From NCBI GenBank assembly GCA_964352085.1, contig CAYGPN010000002.1, positions 9,545-73,544 on the forward strand: a DNA stretch of 64,000 bases, in the 5' to 3' direction. The notes below the pieces were generated by a model. It was not told where the DNA came from and searched no databases. It saw only the letters and a list, made by a program, of their open reading frames with translations. Shown one piece after another: positions 1 to 9,323 of this stretch. The position numbers and the translations under genes were made by a program. Within the stretch, counting starts at the first letter, position 1. Each line of letters starts with the position of its first letter. This DNA is from an uncultured Gammaproteobacteria bacterium (lineage in GTDB: Bacteria; Cyanobacteriota; Vampirovibrionia; LMEP-6097; CAYGPN01).

Positions 1-593
1 GCTGCTCTATCATCAGGGTGAACAGCCTTAAACCAACCAAGATTTAGGCTTTTTTCAAGTGATAGACCTGTATACTCCATCCACCTATTATTTAGATAAG
101 TACACATTTTATCTTTATCAACTTCCCAAATCATCACTGGAGCTTTATCAGACAGTGTTCTAAATCTTTTTTCACTTTCTATTAAAAGTTTCTTTGATTT
201 TATTTCTTCAGTTAAATCTCTTGCTGTAGCAAAGATCAGCTTATGCTCAGGACTTGAAGTTGCATTCCAATGAAGATAAACATAACTTCCATCTTTGCAT
301 TTATACCTATTTTCAAAACCTATAGTCTGATGCCCATTATCATTTTTTAACTTTAGAATCTCTTCTCTTGTTGTCTCAAGATCATCAGGATGAATAAAAT
401 CTAAGAACTTCCTTTCATAAAGCTCTTCCAAGCTATAGCCAAACTTCTTTTGCCAAGCGGGATTCAAAAGTGTGAAACGACCATCAAAACTTGCAACACA
501 AAGTAAATCTAAAGATAAATCAAAGAGCTTCCTAACTTGCTCTTCTGATTGATGCACCTTGCAAACAAGGTCGCTAGGCATTAAACCTTTCAT
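1..593 (-). CDS. PAS-domain sensor protein, partial. The N-terminal ~197 aa lie in the window and the C-terminus runs off the left edge.
   Basis: Hand translation of the minus strand from the ATG at 591-593 gives MKGLMPSDLVCKVHQSEEQVRKLFDLSLDLLCVASFDGRFTLLNPAWQKKFGYSLEELYERKFLDFIHPDD...GSYVYLHWNATS...MIWEVDKDKMCTYLNNRWMEYTGL. This is PAS-fold-like in two tandem units, with an AGGAGAGG SD upstream. It is absent from the ORF track because it is truncated. Confidence 0.6.
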   Translation of the reverse strand, partial: MKGLMPSDLVCKVHQSEEQVRKLFDLSLDLLCVASFDGRFTLLNPAWQKKFGYSLEELYERKFLDFIHPDDLETTREEILKLKNDNGHQTIGFENRYKCKDGSYVYLHWNATSSPEHKLIFATARDLTEEIKSKKLLIESEKRFRTLSDKAPVMIWEVDKDKMCTYLNNRWMEYTGLSLEKSLNLGWFKAVHPDDRA

Positions 594-694
594 AAAAGCA
601 TTATTCCTCTCCTAGTTAGAGAGCTTCAATAAATCAGCTTGAAAAATTAGTAGTTACGATAAGTTATAGTTATTAAAAATGAGTAAAACAAAGA

Positions 695-1648
695 CTAGTT
701 TTCAGGATTATCTCTAGTCACAGCAACTGATAACTTATTGCTAATTTTTCCAGGTGACCCAAAGAACTTAAGCTTCTCTGCAATCCAAATTTCAGCTTCT
801 GTTTCAGGTTTAGTTGATAAGCAAATTACATCATTGACAGCAAGGTTCATAACTTCATCTAATGAAAGATTCCCTCTTGCTAAAACAGTTTTTACAGGGA
901 ATTTTGTTGAAGATAAAGACCCAAGAATAATATTTTGAGATTCTCCCATGTCGTTGTTTTTCTCATGCTTATAAGTTGATTCGCGTGTAAGTCTAGAAAT
1001 AACATCCTCTAGAGCAGCATACGGCAAACAAATATTCATAAAACCAAGATAACTACCAATTGAAATATTAATAGTTACAAGTGCAACAATATCTTGTGAA
1101 GAAACTATTTGGACAGAACTAGGGCTTTGTTCAAAACCTATAATTTCAACATCATCAGTAGGTATCATATTCTGCCAACCTTCTGGCAAATGAGTCAAAA
1201 CTCGCTTAAAAATATCTTTAAAAATTCCTATCTCAACGTCTGTTAATTCCTCTTTGAGGCAAGAATTACCTGCCCCGCCTAAAGTCCTGTCTATCATCGC
1301 ACCTACTAAATGCTTTTCAATACCAAGAGAGAACTGAGTGTTAAAAGGGTACATGCTAAGTGCCAAAACCAGAAGATCCTCTGGCATTGAAGCAATAAAA
1401 TCACCATAAGTTAATTGCTGTACATTAGCTACACTGAACTCAGTAGTCATTCTAAGAGCTGCATTTAAACTAATATTTGCTTGACGGCAAAAAGCTTCAT
1501 GAATAGAAGAGAGAACCTTCAGGTGATCCTTACTAAATTTATCTGGATTCTTAAAATTATATATCTTAAGCTTCTTGTTTTTAGACCTAGGAAGTGGCGC
1601 CAAGGCTGGCACTGGTGATAATAATTTTGCTTCAGTATTTGTTGACAT
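695..1648 (-). CDS. fliM: Flagellar motor switch protein FliM
   Basis: 317 aa with a FliM-like core (KIYNFKNPDKFSKDHLKVLSSIHEAFCRQANISLNAALR...). It sits immediately downstream of fliL. No N-terminal LSQxEIDALL CheY-binding motif is seen. Confidence 0.7.
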   Translation of the reverse strand: MSTNTEAKLLSPVPALAPLPRSKNKKLKIYNFKNPDKFSKDHLKVLSSIHEAFCRQANISLNAALRMTTEFSVANVQQLTYGDFIASMPEDLLVLALSMYPFNTQFSLGIEKHLVGAMIDRTLGGAGNSCLKEELTDVEIGIFKDIFKRVLTHLPEGWQNMIPTDDVEIIGFEQSPSSVQIVSSQDIVALVTINISIGSYLGFMNICLPYAALEDVISRLTRESTYKHEKNNDMGESQNIILGSLSSTKFPVKTVLARGNLSLDEVMNLAVNDVICLSTKPETEAEIWIAEKLKFFGSPGKISNKLSVAVTRDNPEN

Positions 1649-1664
1649 AAATCCCCCTGGATTA

Positions 1665-2231
1665 TTACTGGACTATAAAGTCAGTGAAGTAAAGATCAAA
1701 GATTTTAAACTCACCGTGCATAACATCAGCTAATTTTTCTTTTAGCTCCATCTTAAGTGCTAGCTTGTTTTCATAACCTACGACTTCTTCTGCTGTTTTC
1801 CTAGAAAGGTTAGTAATAATTGCATCTTTAATCGCTGGAAGATTATGTTCAAGATCCTGCTCGATTCTTGCATGGAAAGCATGCTTAGCTTCCTCTTCAA
1901 GACCAGCATAGTCTTCAAAATCGTCAGAGTATAACTTAGCAGTTAGTGACATTTTCAAAAATCTACTACCACTTACATCAGAAAGATTTACAACAAAATC
2001 ACCAATTTTTTGAACTGGCAATTGAGAGTGTTCATCTGGTTCAGCCGCTTCGTGAATAGTTTGATTCACAGTTACAGTTTTTGGCAATATCTGAAAAGAT
2101 AGTATTGATCCGCCAAATGAGCCAATAAATACCAAAATTGTCAGTAATATTACGTTAGGTCCTGCAGCTTTAACAGCTTTTGCTTTTACATTTTTTTCTT
2201 CTTCAGCCATGCATTTATCTTTCCTGTTCAA
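1665..2231 (-). CDS. fliL: Flagellar basal-body-associated protein FliL
   Basis: 188 aa with an N-terminal TM helix and a C-terminus ...GEFKIFDLYFTDFIVQ typical of FliL. It is adjacent to fliM. Confidence 0.65.
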   Translation of the reverse strand: MNRKDKCMAEEEKNVKAKAVKAAGPNVILLTILVFIGSFGGSILSFQILPKTVTVNQTIHEAAEPDEHSQLPVQKIGDFVVNLSDVSGSRFLKMSLTAKLYSDDFEDYAGLEEEAKHAFHARIEQDLEHNLPAIKDAIITNLSRKTAEEVVGYENKLALKMELKEKLADVMHGEFKIFDLYFTDFIVQ

Positions 2232-2236
2232 AGAAT

Positions 2237-2887
2237 CTAAATACTAGGCTTTTTAGAGTAAAACGTCCTTATCATCTCATTTATACTACCGGGAATGAAA
2301 TCACTTATATCTTCATTTTGAGCCAATCTCTCTCTAAGCTCTTCAGAAGAATAGTCTTGAAACTCACCTTCTATCAAGAAAGCTTTCTTTTTAGAATCGG
2401 AGCTTATAAGCTCTTTAGTTTTTTCTAAATCAAGAATTGATCGCCTTGGATAAACTAGAAAAGTCACATGATCTTTTATATAGTCAGTATTTTTCCAACT
2501 ATCAAGCGATAGATAAGCATCTATACCAAGTATCCAAAAAAGCTCAGCATCAGAGTTTTTAGTTTTGAAACTTTCAATAGTCTGGTAACTATAAGACACG
2601 CCATCTCTATCTAGCTCTATGCGTGATGGCTTAAAAGCCAGAAGATAATCAAGCGTGATCTCATCAGTATCAGAGAGCGCCGCTTCTACTAACTTATACC
2701 TTTCTTCAGCATCAAAAAGAGTTTTAGATTTTCCAGGTGGTTCTTTAGCACTAACAAAATGCACTTCGCTTAAATCAAATTGCTTTTTTGCAGCCATCGC
2801 AACACGCAAATGCCCTAAGTGAATAGGATCAAAGGTGCCACCGAAGATTGCTATTTTATTAGAGCTGCTATTTAGAATATCTAGCAT
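2237..2887 (-). CDS. nadD: Nicotinate-nucleotide adenylyltransferase
   Basis: IAIFGGTFDPIHLGHL nucleotidyltransferase motif; 216 aa. Confidence 0.85.
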   Translation of the reverse strand: MLDILNSSSNKIAIFGGTFDPIHLGHLRVAMAAKKQFDLSEVHFVSAKEPPGKSKTLFDAEERYKLVEAALSDTDEITLDYLLAFKPSRIELDRDGVSYSYQTIESFKTKNSDAELFWILGIDAYLSLDSWKNTDYIKDHVTFLVYPRRSILDLEKTKELISSDSKKKAFLIEGEFQDYSSEELRERLAQNEDISDFIPGSINEMIRTFYSKKPSI

Positions 2888-2944
2888 TTCTCAAAGATTT
2901 GTATTTTTTCTTAAATACTTTTGAGTAAATAAGCTCAGGCATGA

Positions 2945-3241
2945 CTATTCTTTCAATTTTTTGACTGATTTAAAGTCAAATGGATTGAGTACTTCATAGT
3001 CGCCTTTATCAAATTCAATTATACTTTCTTCAATATCTTTATCTGTTTTACTGTCGACCATTGGGATTTCGCTGGATTGCATTAGCTGCAATGTTATTTG
3101 ACCGCTTGCAAAATTATGCAGCACCACTCTCACTGCCTCATTAACAGAAGAAAAGCCCAAAGCCTCAGATCTTTTTTTAAGATCGCTCTTTAGCTTATCT
3201 GTTATTGGTACCTGTAGTTTCTTCTGTGAAGACATGGTCAA
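2945..3241 (-). CDS. Hypothetical small protein with a ribbon-helix-helix-like N-terminus
   Basis: VPITDKLKSDLKKRSEALGFSSVNEAVRVVLHNF resembles the CopG/ParD RHH pattern. No toxin partner is adjacent. Confidence 0.35.
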   Translation of the reverse strand: MTMSSQKKLQVPITDKLKSDLKKRSEALGFSSVNEAVRVVLHNFASGQITLQLMQSSEIPMVDSKTDKDIEESIIEFDKGDYEVLNPFDFKSVKKLKE

Positions 3242-3290
3242 ATCCTACTACTATTATACCAAAAACTAGTCAAATCCTAACAAAAATCAA

Positions 3291-3617
3291 CTATTTTTTA
3301 TCAGTTTTTTTAGGAGCCTCGTCTGCCTGAGGCTTAACAAGTTCTTTTGCTTTCGCAGCTTTAATCAAAGTAAAAGACCCATCTTCATTTCTACGGACCT
3401 TATTTCCTGATTTAAGTGTTACAGTCTTTCCACCATTTTTATCATGGATATCTTTTAAAGCAATTTGCGTTCTCGTTTTTTGCTCATCAGCTTTTTTAAG
3501 GCGTTCATTATAGTCTGCTTGCAGAGCTGCCCCACCTAATGCTAAAGGTGTTAAAGCTAAAGCACCGTATGCAAGTGCCCTTCCACTAGTTGCTACAAAC
3601 TTTTCTCTTGAGTTCAT
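3291..3617 (-). CDS. Hypothetical membrane-anchored protein, Lys-rich
   Basis: 108 aa with an N-terminal hydrophobic segment ALAYGALALTPLALGGAAL and a K-rich tail. Confidence 0.4.
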   Translation of the reverse strand: MNSREKFVATSGRALAYGALALTPLALGGAALQADYNERLKKADEQKTRTQIALKDIHDKNGGKTVTLKSGNKVRRNEDGSFTLIKAAKAKELVKPQADEAPKKTDKK

Positions 3618-3688
3618 ATTTTTAAAATCTGGATAAAGAGGTATTTTAGTCTCTTATCTTGAACTGGGGGAAATAATAACATATTTAG

Positions 3689-3766
3689 CTGTCATTGCGA
3701 GTGCAACGAAGCAATCCATGGATCGCCACGCTTCGCTCGCGATGACCAAAATGCTCGCGATGACAC
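3689..3766. repeat. Palindromic intergenic repeat, copy 1 (GAAGCAATCCATGGATCGC core)
   Basis: gtcattgcgagtgcaacgaagcaatccatggatcgccacgcttcgctcgcgatgaccaaaatgctcgcgatgac. Its arms and core are shared with six other loci. Confidence 0.8.
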
Positions 3767-3772
3767 AAAGCC

Positions 3773-5044
3773 TTATCTAGACTGCCCGCTACCTTCTATT
3801 ATGTACTTGTAAGTGCAAAGTTCTTTAAGTCCTATAGGACCGCGCGCATGGAGCTTTTGCGTGCTGATGCCTATTTCAGCGCCAAAGCCAAACTCCTCGC
3901 CATCAGTAAAGCGAGTGCTTGCATTTACATAGACGCATGATGAATTCACTGTGCGCTTAAACATTTGTGATGAAAGAAGATCTTCAGTAATGATCGCATC
4001 AGAGTGTCCAGTCGAGTAGTGATTGATATGCTCTATCGCTTCGCCAACATTATCTACAACTTTAACCGATAAAGTTAAATCTAAATATTCTGTTTCCCAA
4101 TCTTCTTCCGTTGCTTCTTTTATAGGAAAAAGCGCACGTACTTGCTGATCACCAATCAGCTCCACGCCAGCACCAGCAAGTGCATCAAAAAGTGGCGGTA
4201 AAATTTCTTCTTTAATATCTTTATGCACCAATAAAGTTTCTATAGCGTTGCAAACACCAGGTCTTTGAGTTTTAGCATTTAAAGTTATATCAATTGCTTT
4301 ATTCGGGTCAGCAAATTTATCTATGTAAACATGACAAATACCACCACCTGCTCCAAGCACTGGCACAAGCGTGTTTGCCATAACAAAGTCCTTAAGCTGA
4401 TTACCACCTCTTGGGATTACTAAATCTACTAAATCTTTAGCGCCTAATAAAACTTTTGCGCTATCTCTAGATTTATCTTGAAGGTACTGCACAGCTGATA
4501 CTGGAATTTTACTTTGCTCAAGCGCGCGGTAAACGACTTCCATAACAGCAAGGTTAGTATTCCAAGCTTGCTGCGAGCCTCTTAGCACACAGGCATTCCC
4601 AGACTTTAAGCAAAGCCCAATAGCATCAGTAGTCACATTAGGGCGTGCTTCATAAATAATTCCAATCACACCAAGAGGGACTCTTACTTTGGAAATTTGC
4701 ATTCCACGTGGATGATTCCAGCCATCTTCAACTATCCCAACAGGATCCTTTATAGTTATAATTTTTCTAAGGCCATTTGACATGGCATCAATGCGCCTTG
4801 CATCAAGCTTAAGTCTGTCCATCAGCGCGTCAGCCAAGCCATCTTTTTTGCCGGCTTCAAGATCTTTTTTATTAGCATCTAGAATGTAGTTTATAGATTC
4901 TAAAAGCTCTCTAGCTATAAGCTCTAAAGCCTGGTTCTTATCTGATTCTGAGACCATGGACATCTGGAAAGATGCCTCTTTAGCCAGCTCTATTTGGGCT
5001 AAAAGCCCGGCTTCGTTATTGACTTTAGAAACTTCATTTGCCAT
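3773..5044 (-). CDS. proA: Gamma-glutamyl phosphate reductase
   Basis: 423 aa with a full-length ProA-like aldehyde-dehydrogenase fold sequence (GNACVLRG, PRGGNQL, catalytic Cys region). Confidence 0.9.
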   Translation of the reverse strand: MANEVSKVNNEAGLLAQIELAKEASFQMSMVSESDKNQALELIARELLESINYILDANKKDLEAGKKDGLADALMDRLKLDARRIDAMSNGLRKIITIKDPVGIVEDGWNHPRGMQISKVRVPLGVIGIIYEARPNVTTDAIGLCLKSGNACVLRGSQQAWNTNLAVMEVVYRALEQSKIPVSAVQYLQDKSRDSAKVLLGAKDLVDLVIPRGGNQLKDFVMANTLVPVLGAGGGICHVYIDKFADPNKAIDITLNAKTQRPGVCNAIETLLVHKDIKEEILPPLFDALAGAGVELIGDQQVRALFPIKEATEEDWETEYLDLTLSVKVVDNVGEAIEHINHYSTGHSDAIITEDLLSSQMFKRTVNSSCVYVNASTRFTDGEEFGFGAEIGISTQKLHARGPIGLKELCTYKYIIEGSGQSR

Positions 5045-5265
5045 AGATATATTATAGACAATTAGTCCATCAAATTACCTATTTTAAAGGCTTTTAAAAT
5101 TTAATTTAGCTCTTAACCGAAGCTTAATACTATGCAGTTATATTCATCATGTACTCCTTAATTGTAGTTGAGGGGGGAAATTCCTCCCTCACCTCCATAA
5201 TCTCAGAAGGGTATAAAGCTGAAGACAGACTAAGTTACTAAGGGTTTTCAGTCAAGGAAAAAACA

Positions 5266-5616
5266 ATGCTAAGAGCACCAGAAGAAGTAGTATTAAACGG
5301 TCTTATCAACGCAGTCGCTGATAAACAGCAAATCCTTGCAAATAATTTAGCTAACGTTAGAACTAAAGGTTACGTTAGAAAAGATATTGATTTTAATACA
5401 GTAATGAAAGATCTTAAAAGTGCTGGAACTGGTGAGATTGACATGGACAAAAGCATTAGAAAGGCGATTATGACTGATGGTCAGCAGCCTCCGACTTTTG
5501 AAAGAGAGTTATCAGAAATGTACGATAACCAACTTAAATATATTTTACTAACAAGAATAAATGGGCATATCTATAAGCATATGGAAGAAGCGACCCAAGC
5601 AGGAAGGGCAGCATAA
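5266..5616 (+). CDS. flgB: Flagellar basal-body rod protein FlgB
   Basis: The N-terminus QQILANNLANVRTKGY is the rod-protein signature. It is directly followed by flgC. Confidence 0.75.
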   Translation: MLRAPEEVVLNGLINAVADKQQILANNLANVRTKGYVRKDIDFNTVMKDLKSAGTGEIDMDKSIRKAIMTDGQQPPTFERELSEMYDNQLKYILLTRINGHIYKHMEEATQAGRAA

Positions 5617-6080
5617 TGAGTAGTATTTTCCAATTATTTAAAACAGCACAAAACAGCATCCAGTCTCAAAGACAAGCTATGGATGTAGCGATTGAAAATG
5701 TTTCAAACTCAATGACTCCTGGCTACAAATCTAAGTCAGTAGTACTTGCTGGTAAAGGAAGGGAAGGAAGTTTTCAAGATCTAATGGGCTCTATGATCAG
5801 CGATGATGGAATTGACGCGTCAGTTCTTCTTGGTGATGAGATGGGAGCTGGATCAACTGTTGCTCAAGTGTATGAAGATCAAACTGAAGGCGTTAAAGTA
5901 AATATGCCTGGTCACCCAATGGCTGATGAGAATGGCATGGTAGAAATGTCAAACGTGGACACTACTAAAGAAATGCTTACTATGATGCAAGCTGTTAGAC
6001 AGTACAAAGCAAATTTAACTATAGTTGAGATGGCTAAGAAAGCAGCTCAAGAAGCGCTTAATATGACTAAAAATGCTTAA
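5616..6080 (+). CDS. flgC: Flagellar basal-body rod protein FlgC
   Basis: QSQRQAMDVAIENVSNSMTPGYK at the N-terminus and SNVDTTKEMLTMMQAVRQYKANL at the C-terminus. Start ATGA overlaps the flgB stop. Confidence 0.8.
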   Translation: MSSIFQLFKTAQNSIQSQRQAMDVAIENVSNSMTPGYKSKSVVLAGKGREGSFQDLMGSMISDDGIDASVLLGDEMGAGSTVAQVYEDQTEGVKVNMPGHPMADENGMVEMSNVDTTKEMLTMMQAVRQYKANLTIVEMAKKAAQEALNMTKNA

Positions 6081-6085
6081 TTAGC

Positions 6086-6238
6086 ATCGTCATCACGAGG
6101 AGCGTAGCGTGTGTCATCACGAGGAGCGTAGCGTGTGTCATCACGAGGAGCTGAAAGCGACGTGGTGATCCATGGATTGCTTCGCTTTGCTCGCAATGAC
6201 ATAGATCGCCACAGCCCTGCTGGCTTCGCGATGACGGT
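6086..6238. repeat. Palindromic intergenic repeat, copy 2, with a 26-bp tandem sub-repeat
   Basis: The unit catcacgaggagcgtagcgtgtgt is present ~2.6 times. It is followed by ...gtgatccatggattgcttcgctttgctcgcaatgac...cgcgatgacgg. Confidence 0.85.
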
Positions 6239-6240
6239 AG

Positions 6241-8007
6241 TTACGCATTTTTAGTCGTATTTTGCGAAGTTTTTAGAGTGTCAGCAGCAGGAAGTTCTAT
6301 TTTAAACCAGCTCATAATTTTTCTCATCATTCCATAACCAGCATTAGCAAAACTTGATTTTTCAAAGAAATTAAGTGGATATTTTTGCTCGCCTTGCAGG
6401 GCGCCTTTAAATAAATGTTTAATATCACCAGTGCGAATTATATTAAAGACATTTTTAACTGTCATATTGTAACCCAGTCCCTTAATGGCATTCATAATGC
6501 TAAGTGCTGAAATGACAGCACCTAATGCCATCTCAGAAACTCTGCCTAAAGGAGAGTTCATTTTAGCTAGATAAGGCTCTATAGCAAGAAGTAAAGATCC
6601 AATTCCACAGTAATAATCCTCACGGCTACTATTTTGAGCGCCCGCATGATCAGCATGATTACCAAGTTTAGATTTAACAAGACCAGAAGATAACATCACT
6701 CCACTATTTAGAAGTGGTAAGAGTGTCTCAAAGAAAGGCTTAGTCTTGCCCACCAAGCTGCTTACAGTAGTGCTTGATTCTTTCACTTTCTCTGCCAGAG
6801 ATTTTTTAAATAAACTTGGTTTAACTAAAGAGAAAACAAAAGTCAAAGAAGAGCCCACAAGAGTCAAAAATGAAATTAACTTCTCTTGCATTTCTCTAGT
6901 GTAATTGCTCATGCAGCCTTCATCATGCTCATGCCCTTCAATGTCGTGAGTATGGTGGTGAAAACTAACACCTTTATTACTAATCGATTCAACAATTTTA
7001 ATTAGAAACTTTGGTACATACCAAGGAATCTCTTTATGGCTATTAATGCTGTTATGCAAAGTTTCAATTACACTATCAAGAGTCCATGCAAGCCAGCCAG
7101 AGTGAAAGTTTGTTGCCAAAGTAGCAGCAAGTCCAGTTACTACTTCAAGCATTGAAAAATTACCCATTGCATTAGAGAATTTTCTAAGTGTTCCTAATGT
7201 TTTTTCATCTTCATGATGATGATGAGCGTGTGCTTTCTTTTCTGTAGCTTTCTTAGTGTCTACTTCTTTGAGATTCTGAGTAGCAAAGCCAGAAGCACTT
7301 GAAAACAATGCCTGTCTATGTCCACCAAAAGCAGAAATAGAACTACCACCGACTCTAGAGTTATTTTCAGAAGCAGAAACCGTGCCTTTAGCTGCTTTCT
7401 TTAAGCTTGGACTAGTAAAACTACTTGGGCTTTTACTAATTGGCTTAACTGACATGGAAGCTTGAGGACTAGGCTCTGAAGAACTTTGCTGTGGCTTAAG
7501 GTCTGTGATCATTGGAAGACTAATGGGTCTTCTCATGTTTTGATCTTCAAGACTTGTTGATTTTACAACTTTAGCTTTAGAAAACGAAGGCATAGTATGT
7601 CCACTGTGTTTAGGTGAGGGTTGATGAGACGACAATGATTTAGAAGGGTTTGAATTTATAGTAGAATTCTTAACTCTATTAAAAGCAACAGCCTTGCTTG
7701 AATTTCTAAAAGGTGCTCTTGCTCTCATAGATTGACCTCGAGCTGGACCATTTTTAGGAGTGGCTATAGCTGCGCTAGTTGATCTAGCTTGACTTGCAGA
7801 AGTGCTTGAAGCTTTAGAGGAGCTTGAAGGGTTTGTATTAGTACTTCCATTAGAACTTGGAGCTGCACTTGTTATTCTGACTGCACCAGCTCTATTTCCA
7901 TTACCCGTTGTCATTCCACAGGCAGCACGACTTAGATTAGGCATCTTAGTTGAAGCTTGTGGTCTTTGAATTTTAGCGGCACTAGTCGTCACTACATTTT
8001 GGGCCAT
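6241..8007 (-). CDS. Hypothetical protein: disordered Ser/Thr/Pro-rich N-terminal half, His-rich patches, hydrophobic C-terminal half
   Basis: 588 aa with HAHHHHEDEK and FHHHTHDIEGHEHDEGC segments. No signal peptide and no recognisable domain. Confidence 0.5.
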   Translation of the reverse strand: MAQNVVTTSAAKIQRPQASTKMPNLSRAACGMTTGNGNRAGAVRITSAAPSSNGSTNTNPSSSSKASSTSASQARSTSAAIATPKNGPARGQSMRARAPFRNSSKAVAFNRVKNSTINSNPSKSLSSHQPSPKHSGHTMPSFSKAKVVKSTSLEDQNMRRPISLPMITDLKPQQSSSEPSPQASMSVKPISKSPSSFTSPSLKKAAKGTVSASENNSRVGGSSISAFGGHRQALFSSASGFATQNLKEVDTKKATEKKAHAHHHHEDEKTLGTLRKFSNAMGNFSMLEVVTGLAATLATNFHSGWLAWTLDSVIETLHNSINSHKEIPWYVPKFLIKIVESISNKGVSFHHHTHDIEGHEHDEGCMSNYTREMQEKLISFLTLVGSSLTFVFSLVKPSLFKKSLAEKVKESSTTVSSLVGKTKPFFETLLPLLNSGVMLSSGLVKSKLGNHADHAGAQNSSREDYYCGIGSLLLAIEPYLAKMNSPLGRVSEMALGAVISALSIMNAIKGLGYNMTVKNVFNIIRTGDIKHLFKGALQGEQKYPLNFFEKSSFANAGYGMMRKIMSWFKIELPAADTLKTSQNTTKNA

Positions 8008-8240
8008 CTGTGGGAATTGGCTTTTATTTAATGAGAATCATTCTCATTAATCCACATAGCTATTATAGTACTAATTGAGAAGAATTCTCAATAAAAATTT
8101 AGTTAAGAAGGGTAATTACAGGTAATCCCTAGAAAGCCTAAAATTAGGGCTTTTTTATAGATCTCTTTAAAATAATCCTTAGCTTAGTTTTATATGAATA
8201 TAAGAGTCATCTCTAAAACAAGCAACTATAATAGATTTTA

Positions 8241-9197
8241 ATGACTGAAAAGACAGAAGTATACGATCTGATCATTCTGGGTGCTGGACCAGCCGGGCTA
8301 TCGGCTGGACTTTATGGCTCACGTGGAAACTTAAAAACATTAGTTTTAGAAAAAGGGATAGTTGGCGGTCAGCTTCAAATCACAGAAGAAGTAGAAAACT
8401 ATCCAGGCATGGATCACATGACTGGACCCCAGATTTCTGATGCTATGGAAGAACAAACGCGTAGATTTGGTTGTGAAATTATAACTAACTGTGATGTTAC
8501 GGATGTAGATTTTAAATCACAGCCTAAAGTCATCACCACATCTCAAGGAATCTTTAAAGCTAAGACTGTAATTATTGCAACAGGCTCAGAGCATAGAAAG
8601 CTTGGTATCCCTGGTGAAGATAAATACAGCGGACGCGGTGTTTCATACTGCGCAGTTTGTGATGGTGCTTTCTTTAAAGATCGTGATGTTGCTGTAGTTG
8701 GTGGGGGTTCTTCTGCTGTTGAAGAAGGTAACTTCCTAACTCGTTACGCAAAAAAAGTAACTCTAATTCATAGACGTGATGAGCTTAGAGCTGAAAGAAT
8801 ACTACAAGAAAGATTTAAGAATAACCCAATCACTGACTTCATTTGGGATACAACAGTTGAAGAAGTAAAAGGTGATGCTTTAGGTGCAAATGCTATCACT
8901 GTAAAAAATAAAAAGACTGGCGAAGTAAAAGACATGCCTATTGAAGGAATCTTTATATATGTAGGTCTTGATCCAAACACTGCTTTCCTTAAAGGGCATG
9001 TAGAGATGGATGAGACTGGTAAGATCATTGCTAAAAGTGACAAGATGGAAACCAGCGTTCCCGGTGTTTTTGTAGCAGGTGATGTTCGTGACACACCACT
9101 TCGTCAAGCTGTGACTGCAGCTTCTGATGGTTCAATCGCCGCTACTATGGCTATTGGCTTTGTAGAGTCTTTAGAAGACGCTGAAGCTACTGTATAG
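8241..9197 (+). CDS. trxB: Thioredoxin reductase
   Basis: GAGPAG FAD motif, CAVCDG redox-active disulfide, GGGSSA NADPH motif; 318 aa. Confidence 0.9.
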   Translation: MTEKTEVYDLIILGAGPAGLSAGLYGSRGNLKTLVLEKGIVGGQLQITEEVENYPGMDHMTGPQISDAMEEQTRRFGCEIITNCDVTDVDFKSQPKVITTSQGIFKAKTVIIATGSEHRKLGIPGEDKYSGRGVSYCAVCDGAFFKDRDVAVVGGGSSAVEEGNFLTRYAKKVTLIHRRDELRAERILQERFKNNPITDFIWDTTVEEVKGDALGANAITVKNKKTGEVKDMPIEGIFIYVGLDPNTAFLKGHVEMDETGKIIAKSDKMETSVPGVFVAGDVRDTPLRQAVTAASDGSIAATMAIGFVESLEDAEATV

Positions 9198-9226
9198 CAA
9201 ACGTCTTTTATTGGATGCTTCTATAG

Positions 9227-9300
9227 CGAGGCTTGCGAGCCATGAGAAAGCTGAGTTGACTAATTGACAATGAAGGTTTTGAAAGGTGAGTATAACGATG
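9227..9300. repeat. Second intergenic repeat family, copy A
   Basis: cgaggcttgcgag...gttgact...agtataacgatg, shared with 11146-11218. Confidence 0.5.
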
Positions 9301-9323
9301 CTAGAGGAGTAGTCAATGAAAGA

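Noticed and set aside
738-938. Antisense or overlapping small ORFs within fliM, trxB, ffh, the subtilisin gene, the pentapeptide gene, atpD, pheS and others (738-938, 8768-9107, 26411-27620, 24558-25204, 45903-46391, 51196-52015, 52358-53356 and similar)
   Set aside because: They are fully nested in well-supported genes on the opposite strand or in another frame. This is a typical AT-rich shadow-ORF pattern.
5157-5172. A 14-nt motif ccttaattgtagtt shared between the proA/flgB divergent region and 11487-11502
   Set aside because: A single 14-mer match is within chance expectation for a 64-kb AT-rich window, and there is no further flanking similarity.
6086-6238. Tandem repeats of 26 bp (and 20 bp at 15241-15310) considered as a possible CRISPR array
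   Set aside because: Only 2-4 units are present. They are directly adjacent with no unique spacers. They are embedded in the palindromic dispersed-repeat element. No cas genes are nearby.
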